Source of the DNA: Octopus bimaculoides
Taxonomy: Eukaryota
Length of the DNA stretch: 64,000 bases
NCBI RefSeq assembly: GCF_001194135.2
Contig: NC_068984.1
Location: 121,690,998 to 121,754,997, forward strand
Direction of reading: 5' to 3'
Positions 1 to 13,787 of the stretch are shown piece after piece; position 1 is the stretch's first letter, and each line of letters opens with the position of its first letter. The notes under the pieces are model-generated. The model had not been told where the DNA came from, made no database searches, and was given only the letters and a program-made list of their open reading frames with translations. The position numbers and the translations under genes were made by a program.

Positions 1-211
1 TCATTTATTGATTAGTTATATATATATATATATATATATATCTTGAAGAGTTCAATTGAAGAAATAAAGCGCTAATAAAGAATTATCCAGAATTATATAT
101 AATGAAAAGAACTGTAGTAAAATGTTGGCAGTGGAGAGAGTAATGATGAAGAGGATGATGGATGGAGTTCTGTCTAATCCTGTAAAGTTCCAGTATTCTG
201 GCTATACATAC

Positions 212-252
<41 letters not shown>

Positions 253-818
253 TTTTCCACATACATGACCATGCAGATTGAAGACACTAATATGATATTT
301 GTGAGAGAAGTCAAAACAACAGGTTTAGTTTTCACCTTGTACGCTGAAACATGTTTCCTTGTTTAGCTTAATTATACCTAAGACAATGAGAGAGGAGTGG
401 TGGGAATGAGGTGTTAGGTAGGTGCTAGGGCAGTAGAACAGGAAGTTGGGGCACTTGATGTGATGAGAATAATTTATCCCAGATTTTGTCAGCTCTTCCC
501 AATATGTATCTGACCTTTAGCTTTTATCCTCATGAACTTGTCTCTAGTATCCATGGCAGCCAGTCTCCCCACTACTTGTGAAATAAATACAAATTCTTAA
601 TGTCAAGATGGACAACTCATTTTATATTTCTAATAATAATAATAATAATTGTTGTTGTTGTTACATTATCAAAGGATGAAATATACAGAAGCTCAGCCCC
701 ACACTAACTTAGGTGCAGAATTATACTACCAGAAAGTCAGATCAAACTACTCTTACCATAATCTTGGAATAATATTAAAAGCAGACTACACTATCATACA
801 TTCTCTTTATCACATTCT

Positions 819-1005
819 CAGAACTGCACTGCTATAAACATAGAACTACAATACTAGTATAAAGTCAGAACTGCACTTCTATAAACTCAGTACTATACCA
901 CTATAAAGTTAGAGCAACATTAGTATAAAGTCAGAACTACATTGCTATAAGCTTGGAACTACACTACAATAAACCCACACTGCTATACATTCACACTACT
1001 ATCAA
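819..1005. repeat. 22-bp degenerate minisatellite
   Basis: Units like CAGAACTGCACTGCTATAAACT start at 819, 841, 866, 888, 910, 932 and 954. Confidence 0.75.
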
Positions 1006-1629
1006 GTCATATTAATATACACCCATGCTGTCATAATTTTTGATTTTTCTAAATTTATTTTCATCTTGTTTTATGTTTATCAGATTAAAATAACACTGTT
1101 GAAGGAAGTTAGCGATGCATTCATATTGGCAAAGATTAGTTCACATAATTTTAGAAATTTTTTTGCTGTCAAGAGCTGAGAATTCTAACATCTTTGACAG
1201 AACATTTGTTGCTGTTTCTTTAACAAAGAGCTCAACACCAAGTGTCAAGATATTTTTCTCCATATATTACACAAACTTTTATTTTGCTTAGTTGGTATTG
1301 GGTTACAGGACTGATTGATAGAGTGATGTACAACATTCTAGGTAATATTTAGTTTCATCCCGTCTCGGTTTGATTTGTATCCTTTTAAGATCAACATGAA
1401 TCATGATGATTTTTTTATATCCAGAAATGTTCCAAAATATACTTCCACTTAAAATTTGGCTGATAAAACTATTTTTATTTTAACCCTTTAGCATTTAAAC
1501 TGACCATATCCAGCAAAAATATGTTACTCCAGACCTATCCTCTGCAGGAAATAGTTCACTGATCTAGATGGATCGTCAATGCGGAATGAGGCCACATGCC
1601 ATATCTTGAGAAGGGCCTCCTAAGTACTG

Positions 1630-1684
<55 letters not shown>

Positions 1685-2856
1685 GGGTTTTTTGTAGTTT
1701 TCATCTACCAAATAACTCTCAAAACATTGGTCGACCTAAGGCTATAGAAAACACTTCCTCGGGATCCCATGTAGTATGATGGAACCTGAAGCCATGTGCT
1801 TATCAAGCAAACTCCATATTTCACTCTGTTTTCTTCTATTTTCTTTTTTAATATAGATTATTCAAATGAGGTGGGACAATGCCCATGACATTTGTAAATA
1901 CTCTCCAAGACTGGTGAGATGATGAGATTAATGTTGTTAATTTTTAGCTTGAACATTTGAAGGTTGATGTTTGCAACAAAAGTAAACATGGAATTCAAAG
2001 GACTGTTGTTCTCAAGAGAAAGAAGTGTTTTAGTACCCAATCTTAAGTGATGAGACTTAGCAGGGGTGCTTCTATATACATCTGATGAAGAGCATGTCAA
2101 CAGGAAATGAAGGAGAGAGAAGAAACCAAAGTCAAATGATATGTGGGGACAGGGGGTAAGGAGGGTAGGGTTGAGAGGAAAGTTGCTAAGTCTGCACCAT
2201 GCATGGGTGAGCATAGGGATTTCAGTCACCTTTTTATAATGGCCTCTCCATGTGTCTGTAATTGGAAGTCTTTCAGCTAGTGGCAGAGCTAATCATTAAG
2301 CATTATGAACAGTTGAGAAGCAGAGAGAGAGAGAGAATTATGTAATTTAATTTAACATCAGATATGTGTTCTTATTACTAAATAAAGCCACTCTTTTCTC
2401 CTCGTACTTCTCCCCCCATACCTCAGTTCTACTTTTTGTCACCCACCTCACATGCCTGGATAAATTCTTCTCTGAATATTTTGCCTTATGTCTTCAGAAT
2501 TCTTTCTTTGATACAGGCAGGCAGTGGAAACAAGAGGACTCTAGGAGAAAGGAAATGTAATAAAATATGGTTGTCTTAGTTATGTGAAGATGGTGGTAAA
2601 AGATGGTGGCAGACTTGAAATCCCCATGGAAGCATTTGGTTATTCTGTAACTGTTGTGTATGACACATTTCATATTTAGGCCCTTGTGACAAAAAAAGAA
2701 ATAATAATAATAAAAAGAAGAAACTACCAAATTTTGAACACTAATAATAATGATGAGGATGATGATATTATTGCTAATATTATATTGAAATCAGTATTAT
2801 CCTTATTATTTCCAGCTGTTGGATGGTGGAATTGAGTCAGTAACACTGCATTAGTT

Positions 2857-2910
<54 letters not shown>

Positions 2911-5899
2911 GAAATTTCTTTGTGATAGTATGACATTCACCTAGTTGTTATTTGCCTCTGGTTCTTTGATCAAGTAGACCTACAAGCAAATACAGTTCAG
3001 CCATGGCCATCCTGTCTTCAAGGGGTATCTCAGATTACATTTTGTGCTATTCTCTTTTTTCTTTGTGTTTTATAGATGAAATTGGATGGGGTTTTTTTAA
3101 GGAGATTTGGTTGCTATTTTTAACAACAAGATGAGTGACCACGTGTAGGTTCTCTAATCTGCTCAAATATCTTGCAGTGAACGTCTGTACTTGATGAGTC
3201 AACAATGGGGTAGTCTGTGTCATCTCAGCCATCACACATACCACATAATTGGAACTAGTGGTTGTGGTCTGGGGCTGAATCCCAGAACAACTTCTCCAGG
3301 TCCATGGACAAACATAAACCCAGCACATACAAACTAACAACACTCTTATTATATTAACTAGACAATATTTCTGCTGCTTACAGCAATCTATTGGGATTGG
3401 TCTTTATTTACTACTAGATGGACTTATATAAATAGTTAAACAAGAATACATATTTGCAATATATACATGCATACAGAAGTTTGCTCAAGCATGCACATAT
3501 TCGTATCAACACACGTTTATAAAACATGCACCGTATATACTTTTGTATATTCAGAAGTTTACAGGCCTTGATGTTTATATATACACACATACCTCTTAAC
3601 ACTTTCATCAACACTACAATACACATACATACAAACAATGCTATATAACAGACACATGAAGAGACACACATAGATACGCATGGCAAATGCTTGCGCACGC
3701 ATATGCATGCCGCACAGGTTTCAGCCTCCCATTTTGACAGCTGTCAAATGGAAATATCAACACTCCACCATGACCCACTTAAACTAGCTGTGAGAGAAGA
3801 CTCTAAACAGGTCTGTGATACTTACACATGTAAATAACCTTTTAATAGTGATGCAGAGGGGAAGAGGGTATGTGGCCTGGTGGTGTTGGAGGTGGTGTTT
3901 ATGAGATGGCTAAAGATCACCAAGATCACCCTACATATTTTGTAGGATACGTTTCTGTGGTAGAGAGAGGGGGTGATCTTTTTATGTTTAAAGTCACCCA
4001 AAAATGATTGTAGGATTTGCTACAAGATTTACAACAACAAAAAAAAAGAAAAAAATTATCTGTACTCCAAATACAGAATAAAAAGTGAAAATTCAGTACA
4101 TTGAAGTATAATTATATGCTAATCAGCATTTTTTACATAGCTATAAGGTATATAGGGTAATGAGCTTGACACTGGCCTTTTTGGTGCCAATGCTGTTCAG
4201 CTGTAAACTTGGAGTATATCTCATGAGTTTCATTCTACCACATCATGACTTTCAAATGTAAATATACTACTTTTGCATTACAACACTACAAAAGAAAAAC
4301 TGTTATAATATAGGATTGTTTTGAAAAATTTTGTGACAATATAACATTAGGTTACAAGATTTTATTAGTTGCAAGATATCGGTGCATAGATGGCTATCTG
4401 GTAATGCAATTCACTGCATAATCACATGGTTTCGGATTCTATCCAACTGTATGATACCTTGGGCAAGCATTTTCTGTTATAATTTCAGGTCAATCAAAGC
4501 CTTATGAATAAAATTGGTAGAAGGGAACATTGAAAATCCCAACGTATGTGTGCATGAATTTTGAGGGTTTTTTTGCTTTCCTTCACGTGGGTACTGTTTA
4601 GGCTACAGCAACGTTATGTATGTGTCTCCCATAATAATAAATTTCAGTGTGTGAGGACCAGTGGAATAAAAATGCCATACTTAAAACACGTTTAAGGCTT
4701 GGTGACAGGAAGAGCATCCAGCTGTAGAAAACTGTCTCAAAAAGTCTTATTCACCCCTTGTCAACTTGAAAGCAGCAGATGGAAAACAGCAGTAATAATA
4801 ATGAAGATAATATGATGCCAATGCCACCAACAACAACATTTATTGCAGTATTTTATTTTGAAATAAAATTTGTTACAAAACTTTGTTGCAAAATAGAACT
4901 GGTTACAAAGTGTTAAGAAAACAACAAAAAACCAAAACGTAATAAAATATGGAACATAAACCTTTTTCCCTTTGATAAGTTTGAGATGGGGTTTGTTTGC
5001 ATAGTTCTGCAAATAACATTAGTAGAGATTAAAATATTTCTCACATGAAAATTGATCGTCCTGAATTTACTTGAGATTATTATTATTACCTTCTTTTTTA
5101 CTTCTTTTTTATTGTTACTTTCAACTTTATTTTTTTTTTTTCAAAAATAAATTTCTTTCTGGGTTTGATGGGTTATGCTAATTTGTATGTTGTTGAATTC
5201 CTGGTTTATCACTAGTAACTAACATGATATATTCAGCTAGGTAGAGACTGTGATGAGCTCAGGGTTTCTGTCTACCCTTGGAAATTCATATTTAACCAAT
5301 GGATTGAGACCGTTCTTTTTGTTCACATCCACAATTTCCTCATAGAAGAATTGTCTTCTTCCATTATTTTATCTCCACGCTTTTCACCTGGACCAGTGGA
5401 ATGAGACAATTCTGTCTACTTTTAGAAGTCCCTCATATACCAGTGTAGTTAGAGAGCTCTATGTATCTTCACAAATCACAATCCAAGACCAGAGGGGTTC
5501 AACACTTCTGTCTGTCTTCAGAAATCCCTACAAGACAGTTGGATTAAATGAGATAGTCTTTCTACCTCATTCAAATGGGTTAAGATACAAATCCGTTGTA
5601 ATGGGATTTGAACTCACAATGTAAAAAGGAAAAACTAAATACTGTAAGGTAATTCAATGATCCACCTCTTCTAAACTCCATGGCAATTATTGACAGTATT
5701 GATGATGATGATGATGATGATGACTTCTTTTGTCAGAAGAACAACCACTAAAGGGGACTTTACAAGGACATCATAAAAATAATTGAGTTTATGCAGAAGT
5801 AGTAATGAAAAAAGGACATAGAAAACAGAAGTATACAAAAAGTCCAAATTGAGACATCTCAGTTGGAGAAGAGCTACTTGGGACCAATTACAGAACTTT

Positions 5900-6270
5900 A
5901 CAGATCCAGTTTTACCCAGAAATCAAGGGCAAATGCTTTCTCCCTGCTGTGTTTTCAGGCCTACAAGTGATAAGAGTAGGCCCATTCACACAGGTCATTT
6001 TACCTTCTCTCACCCATCTTTTTCAGCAAATTTTCAAAAGTACAGAACCTCCCACTATGTCTTCCCCTTCCTCTCCATATGAAACTTAAAGAAATCGATG
6101 AGGGTTTGGCTGAAGAGGAAGGTGTCTAGCTTCAGTCCTTTTAATTTTATCCATCATACAGGCTCTTTCAGCATGGCCACCAGAAAGAGGAAAGGTGCCT
6201 GCCCTTCTTGGCCAAAGTTTGGAAAGAGAGAAAGCACTATAATTGACTTAGCTAATAGCCAGATCCATTT
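5900..6270 (-). mobile_element. Degraded L1/Tx1-like LINE ORF2 C-terminal fragment
   Basis: Minus-strand reading APFLFLVAMLKEPV*WIKLKGLKLDTFLFSQTLIDFFKFHMERKGKT*WEVLYF*KF resembles the AKxxIWxxR...FxxxW tail of L1/Tx1 ORF2. Several stops; recognised from motif memory only. Confidence 0.4.
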
Positions 6271-6294
6271 TACTCACAAAAGTAGCTGTTCAGT

Positions 6295-6678
6295 GTTTTT
6301 GGCACTCTGTCGCTTACAACGTCGAGGGTTCCAGTTGATCCGATCAACAGAACAGCCTGCTCGTGAAATTAACGTGCAAGTGGCTGAGCACTCCACAGAC
6401 ACGTGTACCCTTAACGTAGTTCTCGGGGATATTCAGCGTGACACAGTGTGACAAGGCTGGCCCTTTGAATTACAGGCACAACAGAAACAGGAAGTAAGAG
6501 TGAGAGAAAGTTGTGGTGAAAGAGTACAGCAGGGTTCACCAACATCCCCTGCCGGAGCCTCGTGGAGCTTTAGGTGTTTTCGCTCAATAAACACTCACAA
6601 CGCCCGATCTGGGAATCGAAACCGCGATCCTATGACCGTGAGTCCACTGCCCTAACCACTGGGCCATTGCGCCTCCAC
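6295..6678 (-). mobile_element. Full-length tRNA-derived SINE (family A, ~385 bp)
   Basis: Reverse complement of the 45892-46279 copy. Perfect 12-bp TSD TAGCTGTTCAGT at 6283-6294 and 6679-6690. Pol III A and B boxes in the head. Confidence 0.9.
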
Positions 6679-7038
6679 TAGCTGTTCAGTATAACTCCAC
6701 AATTTAGCATTGACTAGACATATAACAAGTGCATGCAGGACAGCAACATTGCTGCAGTCCCAATTATTAAAGCCATGAGAGCTCAGATGATCTTAAGTGC
6801 TTGGCTCTCCAGCTTGATGTATTTCTACATTTACTAAAGACCAATTTAATGGAAATAGTGGGCAAGTAAAAAAAAAAAATTGATGGAAAAATAAATTTAC
6901 TTGCTAGAAACAAAGTTTGCACTTTCCATCATAAAACATTTTATCAGGAAATCATTATTACTCTTATTATCTTACTAGATTATTAGTATTATTTTTCATG
7001 GGTTGATAAATACTTCAAGGCTTTCTTTTTATTTTTTA

Positions 7039-7076
<38 letters not shown>

Positions 7077-7514
7077 GTTTATCTTTAATTTCTCATGATT
7101 GCGAGGTCGTGACATAAACACTTAAAAATAATTTATCAGTCTCAGGGCTATATTTTTGCTGATGTGTTCAGAAATTAAATCTCTAATTGAATGTAGGTTG
7201 ATGTCTGTTGATAAATCCCCAACATTCTAACAAGCTGTTAAGTGTTTGGCTATAGACTCCTGTGAGTAGAATCGGTGGTTTACTTCCAGAGTGTGCTTGT
7301 CACATCAACAATGTCTAAGTCTTTGAATTTTGATTCAATTACATTCCCCAGCAATAATGTCTGTTAATTCTCACTCAGTTCCTTGTGTTGCGTCATTATG
7401 ATAATGTATATCTTATTTGACAATAAAGAAATCTTTATTAGTATGTAGTATTACTGAAAACTAACCCATTGGGCTCCCTCGTGCCACATTCCCTTTCCCA
7501 AGCATCTCTTTAAA

Positions 7515-8450
7515 GTATATCTAATATATAATATTTATATAAAATAGATATCTAGTTTATAATGTGGAGTATAATTAATATATCTAGTATACAACATAGA
7601 GCATATATAATAGATATCTAATATATAATCATTTCTATTATAGGCATAAGGCCTGAGATTTTAGGGGCTAGTGGTTATATCGACCCCAGTGCTCAGATGG
7701 TATTTATTTCATTGACCCCAAAAGATGAAAGGGCAAAGTTGATCTTGGTAGAATTTGAATTTGGTATCTAATATATATAATTTTAGAGCATATATAATTT
7801 ACATCTAGTTTATAATATAGAGTATGTCTCCTAGATATCTAGTATACAGTATAGAGCATATGTAATATATATCTAAAATGTAACAGAACATATATAATAA
7901 ATATCTAATACATAATGGAGAGTATATATAATCATTTCTACTAAAAACACAAGGCCTGAAATTTGGAGGAGGGGACTAGTTGATTACATTGACCCCAGTG
8001 TTTCACTGGTACTTAATTTATCGGCTCCAAAAGGATGAAAGGCAAAGTCAACCTCGGCGGAATTTGAACTCAGAATGTAGCAACTGGTGAAATACTGCTA
8101 AGCATTTTGCCCAGTATGCAAATGATTCTTCCAGCTCACCCTCTTGAGGATATATATAATAGATATCTAATATTTATATAGAGCATATATGATAGGCATC
8201 TGGTATATAATACAAAGTATATGCAATAGATATCTAGTTTATATAATGTGGAGTATATGTAATGAATATCTAGTATATAATATTGAATATAGTTAAGAGG
8301 TATGTATTAAATAATATAAATATGCAATAAATATCCAATGTATGATGTAGATTATATGTAATAGGTATCTCGTATATAATACAAAGTATATACAATTGAT
8401 ATCTAGTATAATGAAGAGATATCTAGTATACATTGGGGAGTATATACAGA
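7515..8450. repeat. ~33-bp AT-rich minisatellite interrupted by two SINEs
   Basis: Recurrent ATAGATATCTAGTATATAATATAGAGTATATATA-like units either side of family B SINEs at 7630-7765 and 7932-8142. Confidence 0.75.
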
Positions 8451-9106
8451 GATGGAAAAATCTGTATAAATATTTAACATGTATAATTACCTTTATAAAT
8501 ACTTCTTTCAGTGTTTTATCAAATTGCGGTAACACTGAATTAAAATATTTCTACAGATATTTCCTCTCCTGAAGGAGATGGATTTTCTGTGGCTGGATGC
8601 TCTTCCTATTGCCAACCCTCACCTGCTTCTTAGTAAGATGATATTTTCCTCATGATTAGACATGATAGTGACACTTGTTTACAACTATTAAGCAATATCC
8701 TGGCAAGGAGACAGTAACACATACACACACACATGTATTTACTGCAACTGATCTATTGACCTCATGATAATTTTTTGAGTCGGGTAGTAAATAAATTGAC
8801 CAATAAACTTAGTATATCTATAATGTCAGGCAATATATGAACCAGTGGCCTTGCAGTAGTCACTAGTGTCATGTAATGAATTGTCCAGTGTCCCTGTGAC
8901 AGCCACTGGCATTAAGTAATAAATTGACCAGTAATTATGTGATAGTTGCATTGTCAGGTGATAAATTCACTGCTGTCCTGAGACAGCTGTAGTAGTGTTC
9001 AGTAATAAATATATTGAACAATATGTCCTGGCGTAGCTGCAGTTCTAAGTAATTACACATGCATTCATACACTCCCTCTCCCTCTCTCTCTCTCCCTCTC
9101 TCTATC

Positions 9107-9141
<35 letters not shown>

Positions 9142-10689
9142 TTGTGACTAGTATATTTTAGAAAATAAATTACTCAAAAATACCATCCACATGAAAAACA
9201 ATATGTTAAAATATTTAATGCAGTGAACATGAAAGAGTTGATCAGAAATAGTTGTATAGTGAGAAGACAGTGTAATTCAGTAATATTTTAAGCCATTATC
9301 AACCTGGCAAGTACAGGAGGCAACTTTGGATGTGGAACAAGGTCACAAGTTTGCAAAGAAGTTTGAGCCCAGTATATGACTGGTATTGACTCTGAAAGAA
9401 TGTATTGCTCCTGAAAAAATGAAATGCAATTATAATAATTTTTTCTAGCTTAGGCACAGAGCCACACATTTGTGAGCAGAAAACTAATTCATATTGATGT
9501 TCAATTTTTTCCCTAGATACTTCTTATTTTATTAACCCCAGAATGATGAAAGGTTAAGTTGACTCCAGAGGGATTTGAACTTGGAATGTAAGCTAAATAC
9601 TGCAAGACTTTTTTTTTTTGTCGAAGCTTAACCTTTTTTGTTACCATTTCCATTGAAATACACTGTATTTGTTTCAGTTAATCTTTGAAATAACAAAGAA
9701 TTTATTAAAATAATATTACCATTATTAAGCTGGTGTTTGGAGCAGAAATTAACCTGAAGTTTTGATGGATGATTTTAATTAAGATCATTTTAAAACAGGA
9801 AGTTTGCATCATCATAGAACAAGGAGCAGTTTCAGATTGACTGATATAGAATGTTTTAACCATGCAGAAGCCAGCAAAGCCTCAAGGAAATAGCCACATA
9901 AAAGTGACAAGCTATCAGTTTCAAGCATGCTTACAAGTTTTAGGTATGACTGGCTGTTCTGAGATTTTATTGAAAACAGTAAACAGGTTTTGATATTTTA
10001 TTGGAGCCAGTGATATTGTGGCTGATGTAAAGGAACTTAGGGAACTTCTTCTTTTGTTCCAGACAAAAGAGTTCATTCTGTCTCAATACAAAAGATATAC
10101 TGTAAAAAGTATGTGTAAGAAGTGTTGTTATGACAAGGGAGATAGGTGATATGAGAGAGAGAGATAACTAATGAACTACTTGAGTGGAATAAATGTGTTA
10201 TGTGAGTTGAGTGTAGATCTTTAGTGATTGCAATGAAGTGGAGGTGATTGCATGTGTGTGTGTGTGTGTGCATGACTGTGTCATTCCCACCACCACTATA
10301 TACATAAACTATCACATAAATCACAATCCCCTCTGCCAACTATATTTCTACTACAACCTCTGCTACCTCCCATCCTCCCATACCTCATCCAGTCACCATC
10401 AAATACTCCCTCTCACTTAACCAATTAAAGAATCTGTATATGGTGGTTTGATCTGCAAGAATTAGTAACCAAATCTTTCTCAAATCACATCTTTCCATCT
10501 TAAATAAAGAAGTATACATTGGACAATGCAATTGATCTCTGATAGGTAAAGTAGGGTGACCATGGCTGGAATGCCTTTGACCACAAATTCTACTTGATCA
10601 AAGCTGACCTATGGCTAAACAACAGTTCTTTTTCCCTACATAATCTTCTGTTCTGTCATACTAGTCACTATACACTACATGGTTTTTCA

Positions 10690-11352
10690 AGAGGATCTCT
10701 TCTAACTTCACTTGGCCTTTATTCTTAAACAAAGGTGACTCTGTAAGTAGCACCCTCACAGATAAATCTGGTACATTTCCTGTCTGTTTCCCTTCCACCT
10801 TTACACCACTCTCACACAACAAATCTATTCTCAAACGTAGTGGAAAGACAATTGGAGACCTTTTTCGAATTCTCTCCCCATCATGTACACACTATAAGAA
10901 AAAATTCTTGGGTCACTCCAACACAACAAGGTGACTGACAGATTTTCATGGTGCCCCGTCATTTATATTCAAACAGTACACTCTAGAGCTTATTAATAAT
11001 CTCTTCAATCATTCTCTGCACAATGACAACGTTTATTCCATCTCCTAAATAAAGAATATTTCTGTCCCAGCCAATTATTGAATGTCTTCCTTTTCTCAAT
11101 GACCAACACTACAATTTCTGTTGAGTCAAATCTACTGAAGACTTATTATCCTTATTTCCTGCATCAGTTATCTCTCAATCTTGACAACTTCAGCAAAAAC
11201 AGTGTTGTTGCACTTGCATTAGCAAATTTGTACAACTACATTTGGCGTAGTTCCAGTTAAGTTGTTCAACTATCTCTCATCTATTGGATCTGAAATTCCT
11301 TGTCAGACCTCCCCCACTCTGTCTCTGTTTGTCTCTCTCTCTTTCTCTCTCA

Positions 11353-11392
<40 letters not shown>

Positions 11393-12060
11393 TACTACCA
11401 TATACTATCATTTGTGGTTTACTGCAAGGTTCATGTGTATCTCCTTCACTCTTCTTTCTATACATTAAAGACCCACTTGCTATTGCTTCTAACAGCACAC
11501 GTCATCTACGCATTATCTTCATGCATTTTAGACACCTTATGCGAGACCTGCACTGTTGTCCTAAAAACATCCTTCAATCAGGACATGTCAACTTAATCTC
11601 TTTAAGCAACACCCAGATACACTTGCTGCACATTTTAAAGAAACAGTTTTGTACTTCATCCTCTATTTACAAACAACATATAAATAAAGCCCTAAAAATC
11701 ACTACAAATGCTATACCTTGCAATCTCTGATGATCTGTGATCTGTGCCAATACCAACACCTTATACATAGCATTGTTAAATCTGCTTCACAAAGAAAAAG
11801 ATTCTTTCTTTTTAGGGCTAGAAAATACTTCAGCTCTGAAGAATTGTCCACCTTCTACAAAACCTAAATAGATTACTGATCAGCACACATACTGTTTATC
11901 TAAAAGTGAGTGTGCTACTATTTTTTTTTTTTATATACACAAACATCTTAGACCACTTAAAAAGTAAGCCATTAAATTTATTGGCAAAGATTCTTTCACC
12001 AACATGTCAAAGTCACTAACTCATAGGTTGTACCCTTGCATAGCCTTGCTTTTTCTTTTC
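10690..12060 (+). mobile_element. Highly degraded CR1-group LINE reverse transcriptase relic
   Basis: TDFHGAPSFIFKQYTLELINNLFNHSL (~10935-11020, cf. GPDGIP..LK..A.EL...LFN.SL). ISVESNLLK and HQLS near 11110-11170 (RT domains 1-2). HL...KK*AIKFIG...SLTHR at ~11945-12030 (cf. LDRIQ.KAIRLI...SL.HRR). Interrupted by a (CT)n tract; many indels. Confidence 0.55.
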
Positions 12061-12094
12061 CATCTCCATCACTGCAAATATCTCTGATCTAGCT

Positions 12095-12281
12095 CAGTGC
12101 TCCGCAACTGGTATGCCATGGCACACTAGTGTGCCACAAGATGATGCTAGGTGTGCTGCAGTGTAACCTGAATATAATTTTTTCCCCCTATACTTTTAAT
12201 TATATTTTTAGTTCAGGTGTGCTGCCAAATTTTCGAAAAAATATAAGTGTACTGCAAGTGAAAAAAGGTTGCGGAGTACTG
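12095..12281. mobile_element. hAT-type MITE (187 bp)
   Basis: TIRs CAGTGCTCCGCAAC / GTTGCGGAGTACTG (13 of 14 match). Perfect 8-bp TSD ATCTAGCT at 12087-12094 and 12282-12289. Confidence 0.88.
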
Positions 12282-13753
12282 ATCTAGCTGGATGTGTACC
12301 CAAGCCCTCTAGATTCCTGCCTGGCTCCCTTCTGTGTCTTACCCTTTTCTAGATTCACTGTTTATACTCTGCCTAATCATTTGTTTCTAGAACTGCAGTT
12401 CTCTAGAGCATCAAGAGATTCAAAGCTCACACCATGGAAGGAGGTGCCAAAGGACACGGGGGACCTGCCTCTTCTCTGTTTAAACAATTTCTTGCTTTCA
12501 TAATATAATATCCCTACACAACCTCCAGCTCCACCCTATCAGTCAGTGTACAACCTATCCTTCCATATCCATCACTGTCTCCACATTGATCCTACCATCA
12601 CTGGGAACATTTACATTGCTATCAAATAAACCACTACCATCATTATCATCACTCCCAGTTGTGGCTCATCATTCAACAAGGCTTCATCTCTACCACTTAT
12701 ACTCTGACCACATTCTCAACCACCACCACCACCATACATCAACACCCTCCCCTCAATCATACACCCCTACCTGCACCACTACTTTTCACCACCACCACCA
12801 ACAACAACAATAATATGGCCTGCTATAATAATGTAAATTGAATTGCTGAAAGTTGTCATCTGAGAAACCTCCAGCTAATCACTCTTTCATCACATGACCA
12901 CTCTTTTCTCTTCCTCTTTTTTATATCTATCTATCTANNNNNNNNNNNNNNNNNNNNNNNNNNNNNNNNNNNNNNNNNNNNNNNNNNNNNNNNNNNNNNN
13001 NNNNNNNNNNNNNNNNNNNNNNNNNNNNNNNNNNNNNATGTATGTATATATATATGTATGTATATATATATATGTATGTATGTGTGTGTGTAATGTATAT
13101 CACACTGATTCAGTAAGTCTTCCATTCTATCAAGTAAGGTCTGGTTCTGACATACTTAATGCAGTGAGCTAAGAAATTTTAATTAATTAAAATCACATCA
13201 GTAGGGAGAAGAAAGAATCTTTAGCTAAATACCAATCAATCTGTGTGTGTGTGTGTACAGATGTGCATACATATATTTGCATGCAAGCACACATATCTCA
13301 ACATTGAGCTATTTTCTCTTACACACTTGCATATACACACACACACACACACACAAATATAGAGCTAATGATTGTTTTTTGTGTTACTTTGTACTTGATT
13401 CTCTATTTTTTTTTATCCTTCATTCTCCAACATTATTTTTTCACTCCCTGTTTCTACCCTCTGACCCTTTTTCTCTCTCTTCTCCTCACTCTACTCTCTC
13501 TGTACCCTGAAATTTCTGTGCACCCAACGTTTCACTTAACCAATACCTCTTTCTCTTTTCCTCTTGTACAAGAGCCACCCCCAGTTCTCAATCTATACCA
13601 GTGACCTCCCAAAAGAGGGTCAACAAGCTCTATATTAGGACATTCTCTATAATATAGATATCTTGACATAGTTAAAAAGGTTGGGAGGGTGGTAGTTAGG
13701 TGGAAGGAGGGTGAACTTGCTTTGTTGTTATGGTGGTGGCAGCAGCAGTGGCA

Positions 13754-13787
<34 letters not shown>

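Noticed and set aside
1858-2229. 123-aa minus-strand ORF
   Set aside because: No motif recognised and no splice support. It may be an old LINE scrap, but I cannot assign it.
2724-2936. Poly-lysine ORF on the minus strand
   Set aside because: It is the translation of a 47-nt poly-T tract, with no splice or domain support.
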